DNA of 35,986 nt from Collinsella sp. (GCA_048201615.1 DBFBFY010000116.1:1-35986); one strand, 5' to 3'. Positions 1 to 9,760 are shown, counted from the first letter of the stretch. A program made the numbers and translations. The notes: a model not told the origin generated them from the letters alone.

Positions 1-188
1 CACTTGCGAACAACAAAGTTGGTCACCCATTCATATGGAAGTCCCACGCCGTGCAGGAAACCGCGGATAGCTTCCATGACCGTTAGGCTCAGCGAGCCCG
101 ACCCCGAGCCGGGAACCAGCGAATTGCCCCAGATCAAGAGCGCCATCAGGCAGGTCACGACCGCCCATTTTCGATTGATCTTAACCAT
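1..188 (-). CDS. VanZ-like family membrane protein (N-terminal part; runs off the window)
   Basis: Manual translation from ATG at 188: MVKINRKWAVVTCLMALLIWGNSLVPGSGSGSLSLTVMEAIRGFLHGVGLPYEWVTNFVVRK. The hydrophobic N-terminus, IWGNSL...S..S and terminal VRK are typical of VanZ-like proteins. Starts 7 bp after the upstream stop. Confidence 0.7.
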   Translation of the reverse strand, partial: MVKINRKWAVVTCLMALLIWGNSLVPGSGSGSLSLTVMEAIRGFLHGVGLPYEWVTNFVVRK

Positions 189-195
189 GCAGAAG

Positions 196-1596
196 TTATG
201 CCTCCGCGCGGAGCGGCGCGAAGCTGGCGGTACCGCCCTCGATAACGCTCAGGTAGGCACGGCCCGTACGCTTGGCGGCAGAGGACTGCAGGCGCTCGAT
301 CTCTTCCTCGAGGATCTGATTGACGCGCTCGTGACGACGGTTTTCCATAATGCCGGCGGCAATAGTCTCGGCCCGCTCGATGCTCTCGCGCGAGATACGG
401 GCAGTATCCTCGGGGAACACAGCGCTGTGACGGCCGACATAGGCGGGGGCAGCAGGCTGAGGGGCAGCGACGGGAGCGGGGGCTGCAACAGGAGCAGGCT
501 CGTCAATCTCATCCAGAATCGCGGTGGCGGCGGCCCACATGTCCTCGTGGCCCGAGTAATCAGCCATGGGGACATCAACCTCGAGTGAGGCATCCGGAAG
601 GTCGCCGGTGTCGATGCGATCTTGGGCATCAATCGATGCAGTGATGGCTGCAGGCTCATCGAGGTCATCGAAATCGATATCCGCGGCACCGGAGATGATA
701 GGCATGCTGGCGAGGTTTACATTGTACGGCGCAGCCTCAGCCGCCTGCTGCTGGGCAGGAGCGCCCCACAGCGAGCTTTCGGCGGCACGGCGGGCGGCAA
801 CGGCCTCCTCGTCCGCGGCCATGGCTTCATCAACGTACGAATTGTCGGCAGAAGCGTTCGCGTCCGCCGAGGTAGCGCTGTAGGCGTTATTGGCTGCCGC
901 GTTGGCGACGAGTGCCACGAAAGCCGCCGTGCTGCCCGCAGGGGCGGCCTGGGAGCCAGACACGGCGCGTGCCGCGGCGGCGATGTCGTCGCGATTGAAG
1001 GAGCCGGTCTGCCCGCCGTTGGTGAGCTCGTCGATGGCGACTTGATAGACGTCGCGCGAGTGTGCAGGGTCGCAGCTCACCGGCGAATCGTCGTCAAGCA
1101 TACTGTCGATCATGGACCAAGCCTCGTCCTCGTCCATAGCATCTGCGGCTCGAGCGATGGTAGGGACACCATCATCGGCATGACGGCGCTGGAACGCACC
1201 AGTCAGGCCGGAAAGGAATGCCGAGGTAGACTGCTCCGCCTGAGCCTGAGAATCAGAAGCCGCAGCGTAAGGAGTCGCATCCTGCTGCTGAGCTGAAATC
1301 GAGGCGGTCTTGAACTCGCTTTGATGCTGATTGAGATTGGCGGCACCGCCCATGGCATCGGGCTGGAACAGACGCTCTTCACGCTGCGCACGATACTCGG
1401 AGATACCCAGCGAGGCGGCATAGATGCCCACGCCCGCCACCGCGCCCACGGCGAAGGGAACCGCACCCGCCACGACCGTCTCGTTCACAGACGAAAACGG
1501 CAGCGTCGCGGCATACATAACCACGGGAGCGGCAAGGCCGATCCCGCACGAAAGTCCGGCAAGGACTGCTCGTTGTGTTGCATCAGAAGAAGCCAT
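196..1596 (-). CDS. Hypothetical protein: two N-terminal transmembrane segments plus a long acidic Ala/Asp-rich region
   Basis: Long ORF with host-like codon usage. Likely start MASSDATQ at 1596, preceded by GGGGAG. No recognisable catalytic motif. Confidence 0.7.
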   Translation of the reverse strand: MASSDATQRAVLAGLSCGIGLAAPVVMYAATLPFSSVNETVVAGAVPFAVGAVAGVGIYAASLGISEYRAQREERLFQPDAMGGAANLNQHQSEFKTASISAQQQDATPYAAASDSQAQAEQSTSAFLSGLTGAFQRRHADDGVPTIARAADAMDEDEAWSMIDSMLDDDSPVSCDPAHSRDVYQVAIDELTNGGQTGSFNRDDIAAAARAVSGSQAAPAGSTAAFVALVANAAANNAYSATSADANASADNSYVDEAMAADEEAVAARRAAESSLWGAPAQQQAAEAAPYNVNLASMPIISGAADIDFDDLDEPAAITASIDAQDRIDTGDLPDASLEVDVPMADYSGHEDMWAAATAILDEIDEPAPVAAPAPVAAPQPAAPAYVGRHSAVFPEDTARISRESIERAETIAAGIMENRRHERVNQILEEEIERLQSSAAKRTGRAYLSVIEGGTASFAPLRAEA

Positions 1597-1840
1597 GAGC
1601 TCTCCCCATCTTCCAGCACCCAAATCGCATCATTCAGTTGGCTGCGCGAGAGAAGATGAAGCGGGGCTATGCCCCAAAGCAACGGTATATGGTTCGTTTC
1701 ATCTGCGTTATCCGTCGCGAAGCTTAAAAGCTATTATGCGAAACCGCCCTGTCGATTGCAAGCGACGATGTCGGATTGAAACGGGAAACCTGCTGCTTGC
1801 CAGTCTTATGGTCAAAAATAAGCGCGGAGCGGCGATATAG

Positions 1841-1872
1841 AAAAGGGCCGAGGCTCAAAGCCCCGACCCTTT
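1841..1872 (-). terminator. Intrinsic terminator downstream of rho
   Basis: Minus strand GGGTCGGGGC-TTTGA-GCCTCGGCCC-TTTT, a stem with G:U pairs followed by a U tract. Confidence 0.7.
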
Positions 1873-1909
1873 ATTGCATTGATGACTATCGCTGCGTGTG
1901 GATGACAAC

Positions 1910-4483
1910 CTAGAACGTCTGCTCGTAGTCGCTGTGCTTTTTGGCCGAACGCACCAGGAACTCCTGGTTGGTGTTGGTGCCCTTAAGACCCTTGATAAAC
2001 GACGCAGCTGCGCGCTCGGTGTTGTTCATGCCGGCAAGAATGCGACGCAGGCCAAAGACAAACGGACGCATCTGCTCGTCAACCAACAGGTCCTCGTTAC
2101 GCGTACCGGAGGCAACGGGGTCGATAGCCGGGAAGATGCGGCGGTCGGCCAGGTCGCGGTCGAGCTTGAGCTCCATGTTGCCGGTGCCCTTGAACTCCTC
2201 AAAGATGACCTCGTCCATCTTGGAGCCGGTGTCGATGAGGGCAGAGGCCAGGATGGTGAGCGAGCCACCGTTCTCGATATTGCGGGCTGCGCCCAGGAAG
2301 CGCTTGGGCGGATACAGTGCCGCCGAATCGACGCCGCCCGAAAGGATGCGGCCTGAGGCGGGCGCCGCCAAGTTGTAGGCGCGGGCAAGACGCGTGATGG
2401 AGTCGAGCACCACCACGACATCGCCGCCCAGCTCCACGATGCGCTTGGCGCGCTCGATGACGAGCTCTGCCACACGAGTGTGGTTGTCGGCGGGCATATC
2501 GAAGGTCGACGCCACAACCTCGCCCTTGATGGAACGCTGCATATCGGTAACCTCTTCGGGGCGCTCGTCGACGAGCAGGCAGATGAGGTGCACCTCGGGG
2601 TTGTTAATCGAGATAGACTGGCAGATCTTCTTGAGGATTGTGGTCTTGCCGGCCTTGGGCGGGGACACGATCAAGCCACGCTGACCCTTGCCGATCGGCG
2701 ACACGATGTCGATGGCGCGACCGGTAATGGAGTCCTTGCCATGCTCCATGCGCAGCGGCTCGTTGGGATAGACCGGGGTGAGGTCACCGAACTTGGGGCG
2801 GTTGCGAATCTGCTCGGGGTCTAGACCGTTGACGGTCGTGATTTTGGCGAGGCCGGCGCGCTTGTCGCCGCCGCGCGAAGGACGAAGCGAGCCCTCGATG
2901 ACGTCGCCCGTGCGCAGACGCGCGGAGCGGATGAGGTAGGCGGGCACGAAGGCGTCGTCGTTGGACTTCATGTAGCCATGGGCATGGATGATACCGGAGC
3001 TGTCCGGACGAATCTGCAGGATGCCCTTGATGTCGCGGAAGCCCTCGGCCTTCGCGGCGGTGACGTAGATCTCCTCGACGAGCTCGGCTTTCTTCTTGCC
3101 GGTCGTCTCAATCTCGAACTCCTTGGCCTTCTCGCGCAGCTCGGCGACCTTCATGGCCGCGAGCTCCTCGCGCGAAAGCGTGGGCTCGGTGGGAGCGGCA
3201 TTACGCTCCTTGTTGCGCTGCTTGCGATCGCGCTGGCGGTTGCGGCGGTCGTTGTTGCGCTCGTCCTTGCGCTCGTTGCGCTCGTCGTTGCGCTTGTGCT
3301 GGCGACGGTTGGGGCGAGCGCCGTCTTCGGCCTCGGCGGGCGCGGCGCCATCGGTTGCGGCGGCATCGGCGTTAGCCGCAGTATCATCGCTGGCCTCGGC
3401 CTTGGAATCGCCCTGCAGCTCGGCCTCGGCCTGCTGCTCGGACGCCTTGGCCTTAGCGGACTTCTTACGACCGCGCTTGGGCTTCTCGGACGCAGACTGT
3501 TCGACGTCTTGGGGCTCGGCGGCATCAGTCGATGCATCGGCGGTCGTCTCGGCGGAATCCTCGGACGCACCCTTCTTGGCAGTCTTGGCCTTGGACGTGC
3601 GCTTAGCAGCAGTACGATGGCTGCGACCAGGACGGACGTCGGCGGGCTCGACATCGGCGGGAGCGGCCTCGGAAGTCGTAGCATCCTGGACGGGTGCATC
3701 GGCAGCGGTTGCAGACTCGGCGGTCGCCGCAGCATCCCGAGCGGCTGCAGCTGCGGCTGCGGCCTTCTCTGCCTCGACGAAGGCCTTGGGCTTGCGACCG
3801 CGACGGTGCGGGCGCAAAGCCGGATCGACAACGGGAACTTCGCTGGCCTCGACAGGCGCAGCGGACTCAGCAGGCGATGCGCCCTCCCCTGCCGCGGAAC
3901 GAACCGAAGCCTCGGTGAGCTCGAGGGTTACCTGATCGGCAACCTGCTCGGCCTTAGCAGCCGTGCGACGGCGTGTGCGCGGTGCCGGCTTCTCGGTCGG
4001 CTGGTCGGCGGCAGGGGTCTCGGTGGCGGCAGGCGTCTCGGGCACAGACGGAGCTGCAAGCTCGGTCAGAGCCGCGGCCTCGCGCTCGGCAGCACGACGG
4101 CGGGCGCGCACCACCTGAGCCTCGCTAATCTGCGCCAACGCACGTGCCTGCGCGACCTCATCGGAAATCGGCGCCGAGGAGTCAGCTGCAACGGTGCGCT
4201 TGACGCGCGTCATGCGCGTGGTACGGCGCTTGGGCTTGGTGACCTCCTCGCCGTCAGCAGCAGGCTTGGCCGTGCGGCGCGTACGCTTGGGCTTTGCCGG
4301 AGCAGCCTCCTCACCAGTTGCAGGCACGGCCTTCTCAGCCGCTGCAGGCGTAGGCGTCGAAGCAGCCTTAGGCGTCTCAGGAGCCGAGGCATGCGCGGGC
4401 GCCGCGACCTGGTCCGACGCAACCGGTGCAGCGGGAGCGGCTTGCGTCGTCGTTATTTCGTTTTCTTGCTGTTGATCAGACAC
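1910..4483 (-). CDS. rho: Transcription termination factor Rho with ~430-aa low-complexity N-terminal extension
   Basis: PIGKGQRGLIVSPPKAGKT Walker A, LLVDERPEEVTDM, DSITRLARAYN and EEFKGTGNMEL motifs; GTG start. Confidence 0.98.
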   Translation of the reverse strand: MSDQQQENEITTTQAAPAAPVASDQVAAPAHASAPETPKAASTPTPAAAEKAVPATGEEAAPAKPKRTRRTAKPAADGEEVTKPKRRTTRMTRVKRTVAADSSAPISDEVAQARALAQISEAQVVRARRRAAEREAAALTELAAPSVPETPAATETPAADQPTEKPAPRTRRRTAAKAEQVADQVTLELTEASVRSAAGEGASPAESAAPVEASEVPVVDPALRPHRRGRKPKAFVEAEKAAAAAAAARDAAATAESATAADAPVQDATTSEAAPADVEPADVRPGRSHRTAAKRTSKAKTAKKGASEDSAETTADASTDAAEPQDVEQSASEKPKRGRKKSAKAKASEQQAEAELQGDSKAEASDDTAANADAAATDGAAPAEAEDGARPNRRQHKRNDERNERKDERNNDRRNRQRDRKQRNKERNAAPTEPTLSREELAAMKVAELREKAKEFEIETTGKKKAELVEEIYVTAAKAEGFRDIKGILQIRPDSSGIIHAHGYMKSNDDAFVPAYLIRSARLRTGDVIEGSLRPSRGGDKRAGLAKITTVNGLDPEQIRNRPKFGDLTPVYPNEPLRMEHGKDSITGRAIDIVSPIGKGQRGLIVSPPKAGKTTILKKICQSISINNPEVHLICLLVDERPEEVTDMQRSIKGEVVASTFDMPADNHTRVAELVIERAKRIVELGGDVVVVLDSITRLARAYNLAAPASGRILSGGVDSAALYPPKRFLGAARNIENGGSLTILASALIDTGSKMDEVIFEEFKGTGNMELKLDRDLADRRIFPAIDPVASGTRNEDLLVDEQMRPFVFGLRRILAGMNNTERAAASFIKGLKGTNTNQEFLVRSAKKHSDYEQTF

Positions 4484-4738
4484 AGTGTTTGCTCAACTTT
4501 CTTTTCAAGCCCTGTGATCACATGCTCCCTGCATAAACCTTCAGGGCGGCTAAACAGTCTAGTTCCGTTCAAAACGACGGACATCATTGATCTGTATCGA
4601 GATGATTGCGTCATATACGCGGCATTAGTGTAACACAACCGCCGCCACCTGCAACTTAGTCATTGGGAACGCTCTTAAACGACTAGTCAAAAGGGGCACT
4701 CTTTGGTTTAACACCCACAAATCTGACTGCCTCCGCCA

Positions 4739-4889
4739 AAACTATGGCGGTTTACTACGATGAATCGCTCAACCGCGACCACTCCGAAACTTGTTGAACT
4801 AAAACCGCAGGTAGATGCCCTGCACTTTTTTGCGAAAAGCTGGCGTGGTTGGAATTTCTCATATTCATCGTAGTGAACCGGCATAGTTT
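4739..4889. repeat. 151-bp MITE-like element with 27-bp terminal inverted repeats
   Basis: AAACTATGGCGGTTTACTACGATGAAT (4739-4765) matches the reverse complement of 4863-4889 at 25/27 positions. Confidence 0.65.
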
Positions 4890-4933
4890 CGTATTTCCAG
4901 CAGTTCCAAATTCGTCAATACGTCGGCGTTTGC

Positions 4934-4966
4934 AAAAAACCCGACCTCCGCATGGAGATCGGGCTT
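4934..4966 (-). terminator. Intrinsic terminator of argS
   Basis: Minus strand AAGCCCGATCTCC-ATGC-GGAGGTCGGG-TTTTTT. Confidence 0.75.
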
Positions 4967-5012
4967 ATAGGGCTCAGCAAAGCCGAACCTACACGGTTAA
5001 ATGACCCGCAGC

Positions 5013-6866
5013 TTACATCTGCTCGGGAGCGGAGACACCAACAAGGGTGAGCACCAGGGCGAGCGTCACGCGGACGGCATCGCAAGCGGCCAGACGGGCA
5101 CGCGAAAGCTCGGGGTCGACGGGACGGCCCTCGCTCGGCAGCACCTGGCAGGCAGCGTAGAAGCTGTGGAAGTCGCCGGCAAGCTCCTCGGCAAAGTGCG
5201 TCAGACGGAACGGGGCGCGGTCGCGAGCGCAGCTGGCGATGAGGTCGGTGAGCTCGTTGAGCTTACGCGAAAGGGCAAGCTCGGTCGGGTCGGTCAGCAG
5301 CGAGTAATCGACGTTCTCGCCGATGGCCTTCTCGGCGACGGCCTTCATGCCCATCTCGTCAGCCTGCTCGGGCGTAACGTCGGCGGCACGGCGCAGGATG
5401 GAGCACACGCGGGCGTGAGCATACTGCACGTAATAGACCGGGTTGGAGTTGTCGCGCTTCTTAACGGCCTCAATATCGAAGTCGACCATCTGGTTGGAGC
5501 TCTTGGAGATGAGCGTGTAGCGAGCGGCATCGGAGCCGACCTCGTCGACGAGCTCCTGCAGGGTCACCATGGTGCCCTTGCGCTTGGACATTCGGACGGG
5601 CTTGCCGTTACGCAGCAGGTTGACGAGCTGGCCCAGCAGAACCTCAAACTTGCCGGGATAGCCAAGGGCGTCGCAGACGCAGCGGACGCGCTCGATGTAG
5701 CCGTGGTGGTCGGCACCCCAGATGTCGATGACGTGGTCGACGCGCTGGAACTTATCCCAGTGATAGGCAACGTCGGAGGCGAAGTAGGTGTACTCGCCGT
5801 CGGACTTGATCAGGACGCGGTCCTTGTCATCGCCCAGGTCGGTGGAGCGGAACCACAGGGCGCCGTCCTTGGTGTAGAGGTAGCCCATCTTGTCGAGCTT
5901 CTCAAAAGCGCGGTCGACGGCGGAGGTGCCGGCGGTCTCACCCTCGGTGTCCTTCACATACAGCGAACGCTCGGAGTACCAACGATCGAAGTCGCAATTG
6001 ACGGCGTGGCAGAGGTCGCGCATGTTGTCGACCATCTTCACATAGCCGCGCTCGCGGAAGCTCTCCATACGCTCCTGCGGGTCGGCGTCGACCCACTTAT
6101 CGCCGTCGGTGCGCCAGAACTCGGCAGCCTCGTCGATGATGTAGTCGCCGCCATAGGAGTCCTTGCCCAGGGTCTCGGCAAAGTTGTCCTGATACGGATG
6201 GGTCTCGGGGTGCTCGTCGTTCTCGTCGGCAACAAAGGCGTCACGGTCGGCGATCAGCAGCTTGTGAGCCTCGTCGATATCCACGCCCTGCTTGGCGATG
6301 ATGTCGGCAAGCTGCATATAGCGCGTGCTGATGGAGTTGCCGAAGGTGTTCATCTGAGAGCCGTGGTCGTTGATGTAGAACTCACGCTGGATGTCGTAAC
6401 CGGCGTGGTCCATCACACGGCAGAGCGAGTCGCCCAGCGCGGCCCAGCGGCCGTGGCCGATGTGCATGGGGCCGACGGGGTTAGCGGAAACGAACTCGAC
6501 CTGGGTCTTCAGGCCACCACCGACGTTGGACTTAGCGAAGTCCATGCCCTTCTCGCGAGCCTCGCCAAAGATGGCATTCTTGACGGCAACGGAGAGGTAG
6601 AAGTTGATGAAGCCGGGGCCTGCGATCTCGACCTTCTCGATCGCGGGGTCCTCGGGCATATGGGCAACGATGGCCTCGGCGATCTTGCGCGGGGCGCAGT
6701 GGGCCAGCTTGGCGGACTTCAGGGCCATGGTAGAGGTCCACTCGCCATGAGAAGTGTCAGCCGGTCGCTCGATAGCGCAATCGTCAAGTTCAAATGCGGA
6801 AAGGTCGCCGGCCTCCTGGGCCGCAGCAAGCGCAGCGCGTACCAGCTCTTCAATCTTCTCGGGCAT
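5013..6866 (-). CDS. argS: Arginine--tRNA ligase
   Basis: EFVSANPVGPMHIGHGR (HIGH), RMSKRKG and NPVYYVQYAHAR motifs; RBS AAGGAGG before ATG 6866. Confidence 0.98.
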   Translation of the reverse strand: MPEKIEELVRAALAAAQEAGDLSAFELDDCAIERPADTSHGEWTSTMALKSAKLAHCAPRKIAEAIVAHMPEDPAIEKVEIAGPGFINFYLSVAVKNAIFGEAREKGMDFAKSNVGGGLKTQVEFVSANPVGPMHIGHGRWAALGDSLCRVMDHAGYDIQREFYINDHGSQMNTFGNSISTRYMQLADIIAKQGVDIDEAHKLLIADRDAFVADENDEHPETHPYQDNFAETLGKDSYGGDYIIDEAAEFWRTDGDKWVDADPQERMESFRERGYVKMVDNMRDLCHAVNCDFDRWYSERSLYVKDTEGETAGTSAVDRAFEKLDKMGYLYTKDGALWFRSTDLGDDKDRVLIKSDGEYTYFASDVAYHWDKFQRVDHVIDIWGADHHGYIERVRCVCDALGYPGKFEVLLGQLVNLLRNGKPVRMSKRKGTMVTLQELVDEVGSDAARYTLISKSSNQMVDFDIEAVKKRDNSNPVYYVQYAHARVCSILRRAADVTPEQADEMGMKAVAEKAIGENVDYSLLTDPTELALSRKLNELTDLIASCARDRAPFRLTHFAEELAGDFHSFYAACQVLPSEGRPVDPELSRARLAACDAVRVTLALVLTLVGVSAPEQM

Positions 6867-7208
6867 AGATCCTCCTTGTGTTAAAGCCCCCGAGCTCTTG
6901 GTCACTCGTAGGGCAAAAGCCAGAGTTTGTAGCACTCTATCACAAGCGACGGGCACTGTCGCAGGGTAAAGCTAATAGATATTGCATATGCACAAAAATG
7001 ACTACAGCTTGTATGGAGTCACTCAAAGATGCCGGTCTGCCTGCAGATTATGCAGGCGTTGAAAATGCATAAAGGTGTGAATGAGCTGCGTCTGTTATCG
7101 AATACTCTTACCTATCAGAGTTGTGTGCTTTTCCTGCATAAAGTACGGGTTTGCGCACGTCAGCGTGTTATTCTAGACATACGTAAATTCGTATAAGTTG
7201 GAGGTAGC

Positions 7209-7694
7209 ATGTTCTCAATCGGTCAACACGTCATTCATCCGGGCCAGGGAGTCTGCACCGTCGTCGGTTTTAGGGACGACACACCGCAGCCCATGCTGCT
7301 ACTCGAGACCAAGCAGGGACATGCGCAGACGATCCTCATGTACCCCGTGGCGCAGGCCGACCGTTTGCACGCCGCCATCTCGCAGCAAGATGCCGAGCAC
7401 CTGCTGAGCCACTATGACGAGTTGGAGTGCGACACCTTTACCGAGCGCAACAGCTCGCTTGAGGAGACACACTTTAAGCAGCAGCTCAAGCTGGGCGCGC
7501 CCGAGACGGTCCGCGTGGCAAAGACCATGATGCACCGCATTCGCCAGGCCGAGGAAGCTGATAAAAAACCCAGCTCCTACTACATGCGCGTACTCAAGGA
7601 GGCCAAGCGCCGCTCCATCGAGGAGTTCGCCGTGGCCTTGGGCGTCACCGAGGAGGACGCCGAAGCTCGCCTAGCCCAAGCCGCCCTCAACTAA
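7209..7694 (+). CDS. CarD/CdnL-family RNA polymerase-binding protein (divergent)
   Basis: N-terminal MFSIGQHVIHPGQGVCTV matches the CarD/TRCF RNAP-interaction domain; 161 aa; RBS GGAGG. Confidence 0.85.
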   Translation: MFSIGQHVIHPGQGVCTVVGFRDDTPQPMLLLETKQGHAQTILMYPVAQADRLHAAISQQDAEHLLSHYDELECDTFTERNSSLEETHFKQQLKLGAPETVRVAKTMMHRIRQAEEADKKPSSYYMRVLKEAKRRSIEEFAVALGVTEEDAEARLAQAALN

Positions 7695-7707
7695 CCCATC
7701 CGCGCCA

Positions 7708-7748
7708 AAAACCACCACAAAGGGGACAGGCACCTTTGTGGTGGTTTT
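7708..7748. repeat. REP-like palindrome, copy 1
   Basis: AAAACCACCACAAAGG-GGACAGGCA-CCTTTGTGGTGGTTTT, a perfect 16-bp stem. Identical copy at 8418. Confidence 0.85.
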
Positions 7749-7802
7749 CTTGTTCTAGTAGTATTCATTCTTATCGATACCCACGAGCACAAGGAGTCTC
7801 TT

Positions 7803-8402
7803 ATGGCAGAGCCGCTTACCGCCGGAATCACCCGCGACCGTGCGTTCGAACTGCTCAACGAGCACAACAAAGATCCGTTCCACATCACCCACGGCGAGAC
7901 GGTCGAGGGCACCATGCGCTACTTTGCGCGCGAGTTCGACCCAGAGAACGAGGAGTTTTGGGGCATCGTCGGTCTGCTGCACGACCTGGATTGGGAGGAG
8001 CATGAGGACGACCCCATGAACCACACCATCTATGCTGCCGAGATTCTTAAGGGCGAAGGTGCGTCTCCCGAGCTCATTCGCGCCATCCAGACGCACACGT
8101 CGGACTTCAATACCTCGCTGCCCAAACCCGAGCTGCAGATGGAAAAGATCCTGTTTGCCTGCGATGAACTCACCGGCCTGATCGGCGCTGCAGTCATCAT
8201 GCGCCCGAGCAAGAGCGTTATGGACTTTACGACCAAGTCGCTCAAGAAGAAGTTCAAGGACAAACGCTTTGCCGCCGGCTGCTCGCGCGACGTGATTTCG
8301 CAGGGCGCCGAGATGTTGGGCTGGGAGCTCCCCGAGCTCTTTGACCGCACCATCGCGGCCATGCAGTCCTTCGCCCCCGACCGCGATACCTTCCAGGCCT
8401 AA
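7803..8402 (+). CDS. HD/HDIG-domain phosphohydrolase
   Basis: H...GLLHDLDWE...H...AIQTH...DELTG pattern; RBS AAGGAG. Confidence 0.88.
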   Translation: MAEPLTAGITRDRAFELLNEHNKDPFHITHGETVEGTMRYFAREFDPENEEFWGIVGLLHDLDWEEHEDDPMNHTIYAAEILKGEGASPELIRAIQTHTSDFNTSLPKPELQMEKILFACDELTGLIGAAVIMRPSKSVMDFTTKSLKKKFKDKRFAAGCSRDVISQGAEMLGWELPELFDRTIAAMQSFAPDRDTFQA

Positions 8403-8417
8403 CCGCCCACGCCACCT

Positions 8418-8458
8418 AAAACCACCACAAAGGGGACAGGCACCTTTGTGGTGGTTTT
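8418..8458. repeat. REP-like palindrome, copy 2 (likely a bidirectional terminator between convergent genes)
   Basis: Identical to 7708-7748; lies between the HD gene stop and the proA stop. Confidence 0.85.
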
Positions 8459-8473
8459 TCGTTTACGAGGGGT

Positions 8474-9760
8474 TTAGGGGCGGACCTGGCCGGTGCCGCG
8501 GAGCTTGTATTTGTAGGTGGTGAGGGCCTCGGCGGCAAAGGGGCCGCGGGCGTGGAGTTTTTGGGTCGAGATGCCGATCTCGGCACCCAGGCCAAACTCG
8601 CCGCCGTCGGTGAAGCGAGTGCTGGCGTTGGCGTACACGGCCGAGGCATCGACCGCATCGAGGAAGCGCTCGCAAGCATCCGTGTCCTCGGCAACGATGG
8701 CCTCGGAGTGCATCGTGCCGTAGCGATTGATGTGTGCGATGGCCTCGTCCTCGTTTGCCACGACCTTCACGCTCATCTCGAGCGCCAGGTACTCGCGACC
8801 CCAGTCCTCCTCAGTCGCGGCGACGTAGTTGTCGCCCTCGGCAAGCCCAGCGTCGGCGCATGCGGCGCACGTGGCCTCGTCGCCGTGAATCAGTACGCCG
8901 TGGTCGTGCAGCACGGCAACGACTGCGGGCAGGAAGCGATCAGCAACGGCACGGTCGACCAGCAGCGACTCGGCGGCATTGCACACGCCTACGCGCTGGG
9001 TCTTGGCATTGACGATAATGTTGAGCGCCTTATCAAAGTCGGCGGATTCATGCACGTAGATGTGGCAGTTGCCCGTGCCCGTCTCGATCACCGGCACAAG
9101 CGACTCGCGCACGCAGCGCTGGATCAGGCCTGCACCGCCGCGCGGAATGAGTACGTCGACGATACCGCGGAGCTTCATGAGCTCGCCAGTGGCCTCGCGG
9201 TCGGTGGACTCGATCATCGACACGGCCTCGCGCGGGAAGCCCTTGGCCTCGAGCGCATCGGCCAGCAGCTCGGCGATCATGGCACACGAGTGATAGGCCA
9301 GCGAGCCGCCGCGTAGAATGCAGGCGTTGCCGGTACGGATGCAGATGCCTGCGGCGTCGGCCGTCACGTTGGGGCGCGCCTCGTAGACCATGGCGACCAG
9401 GCCCAACGGCACGCTCACGCGGGTCAGGTCCACACCGCTCGCAAGCACGCGGTGGTCGAGCACGCGGCCGACGGGATCGGGCAGCTCGGCGAGCTTCTCC
9501 AAACCGGCGGCCATGCCCTCGACGCGCTCAGGCGTCAGCAGCAGACGGTCGAGCAGACCGGCCGAAGTGCCCGCATCGCGCGCGGCGGACATATCGAGCT
9601 CGTTGGCGGCGACGATGGAGTCGACACCGTTGCGCAGTGCTGCGGCCATGGCGCGCACGGCCTCCTGGCGCTGCTCATCGCTCGCCGTGGCAAGCGAGGC
9701 CGACGCTGCCTTGGCGGCAACGGCAAGATCGTGGACATACGTGGCTATATCGACCGACAT
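8474..9760 (-). CDS. proA: Gamma-glutamyl phosphate reductase (glutamate-5-semialdehyde dehydrogenase)
   Basis: YEARPNVT, IPRGG, GVCNAAE and NASTRFTDGGEFGLGAEIGISTQKLHARGP motifs. Confidence 0.97.
   Translation of the reverse strand: MSVDIATYVHDLAVAAKAASASLATASDEQRQEAVRAMAAALRNGVDSIVAANELDMSAARDAGTSAGLLDRLLLTPERVEGMAAGLEKLAELPDPVGRVLDHRVLASGVDLTRVSVPLGLVAMVYEARPNVTADAAGICIRTGNACILRGGSLAYHSCAMIAELLADALEAKGFPREAVSMIESTDREATGELMKLRGIVDVLIPRGGAGLIQRCVRESLVPVIETGTGNCHIYVHESADFDKALNIIVNAKTQRVGVCNAAESLLVDRAVADRFLPAVVAVLHDHGVLIHGDEATCAACADAGLAEGDNYVAATEEDWGREYLALEMSVKVVANEDEAIAHINRYGTMHSEAIVAEDTDACERFLDAVDASAVYANASTRFTDGGEFGLGAEIGISTQKLHARGPFAAEALTTYKYKLRGTGQVRP

Noticed and set aside
2978..4633. 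551-aa plus-strand ORF and other long antisense ORFs (5001-6884, 19962-21521, 21582-23078, 11260-12663)
   Set aside because: Shadow ORFs opposite well-supported genes, expected from high-GC codon bias.
6867..7200. T-box riboswitch upstream of argS
   Set aside because: No T-box antiterminator consensus or terminator is visible on the minus strand.
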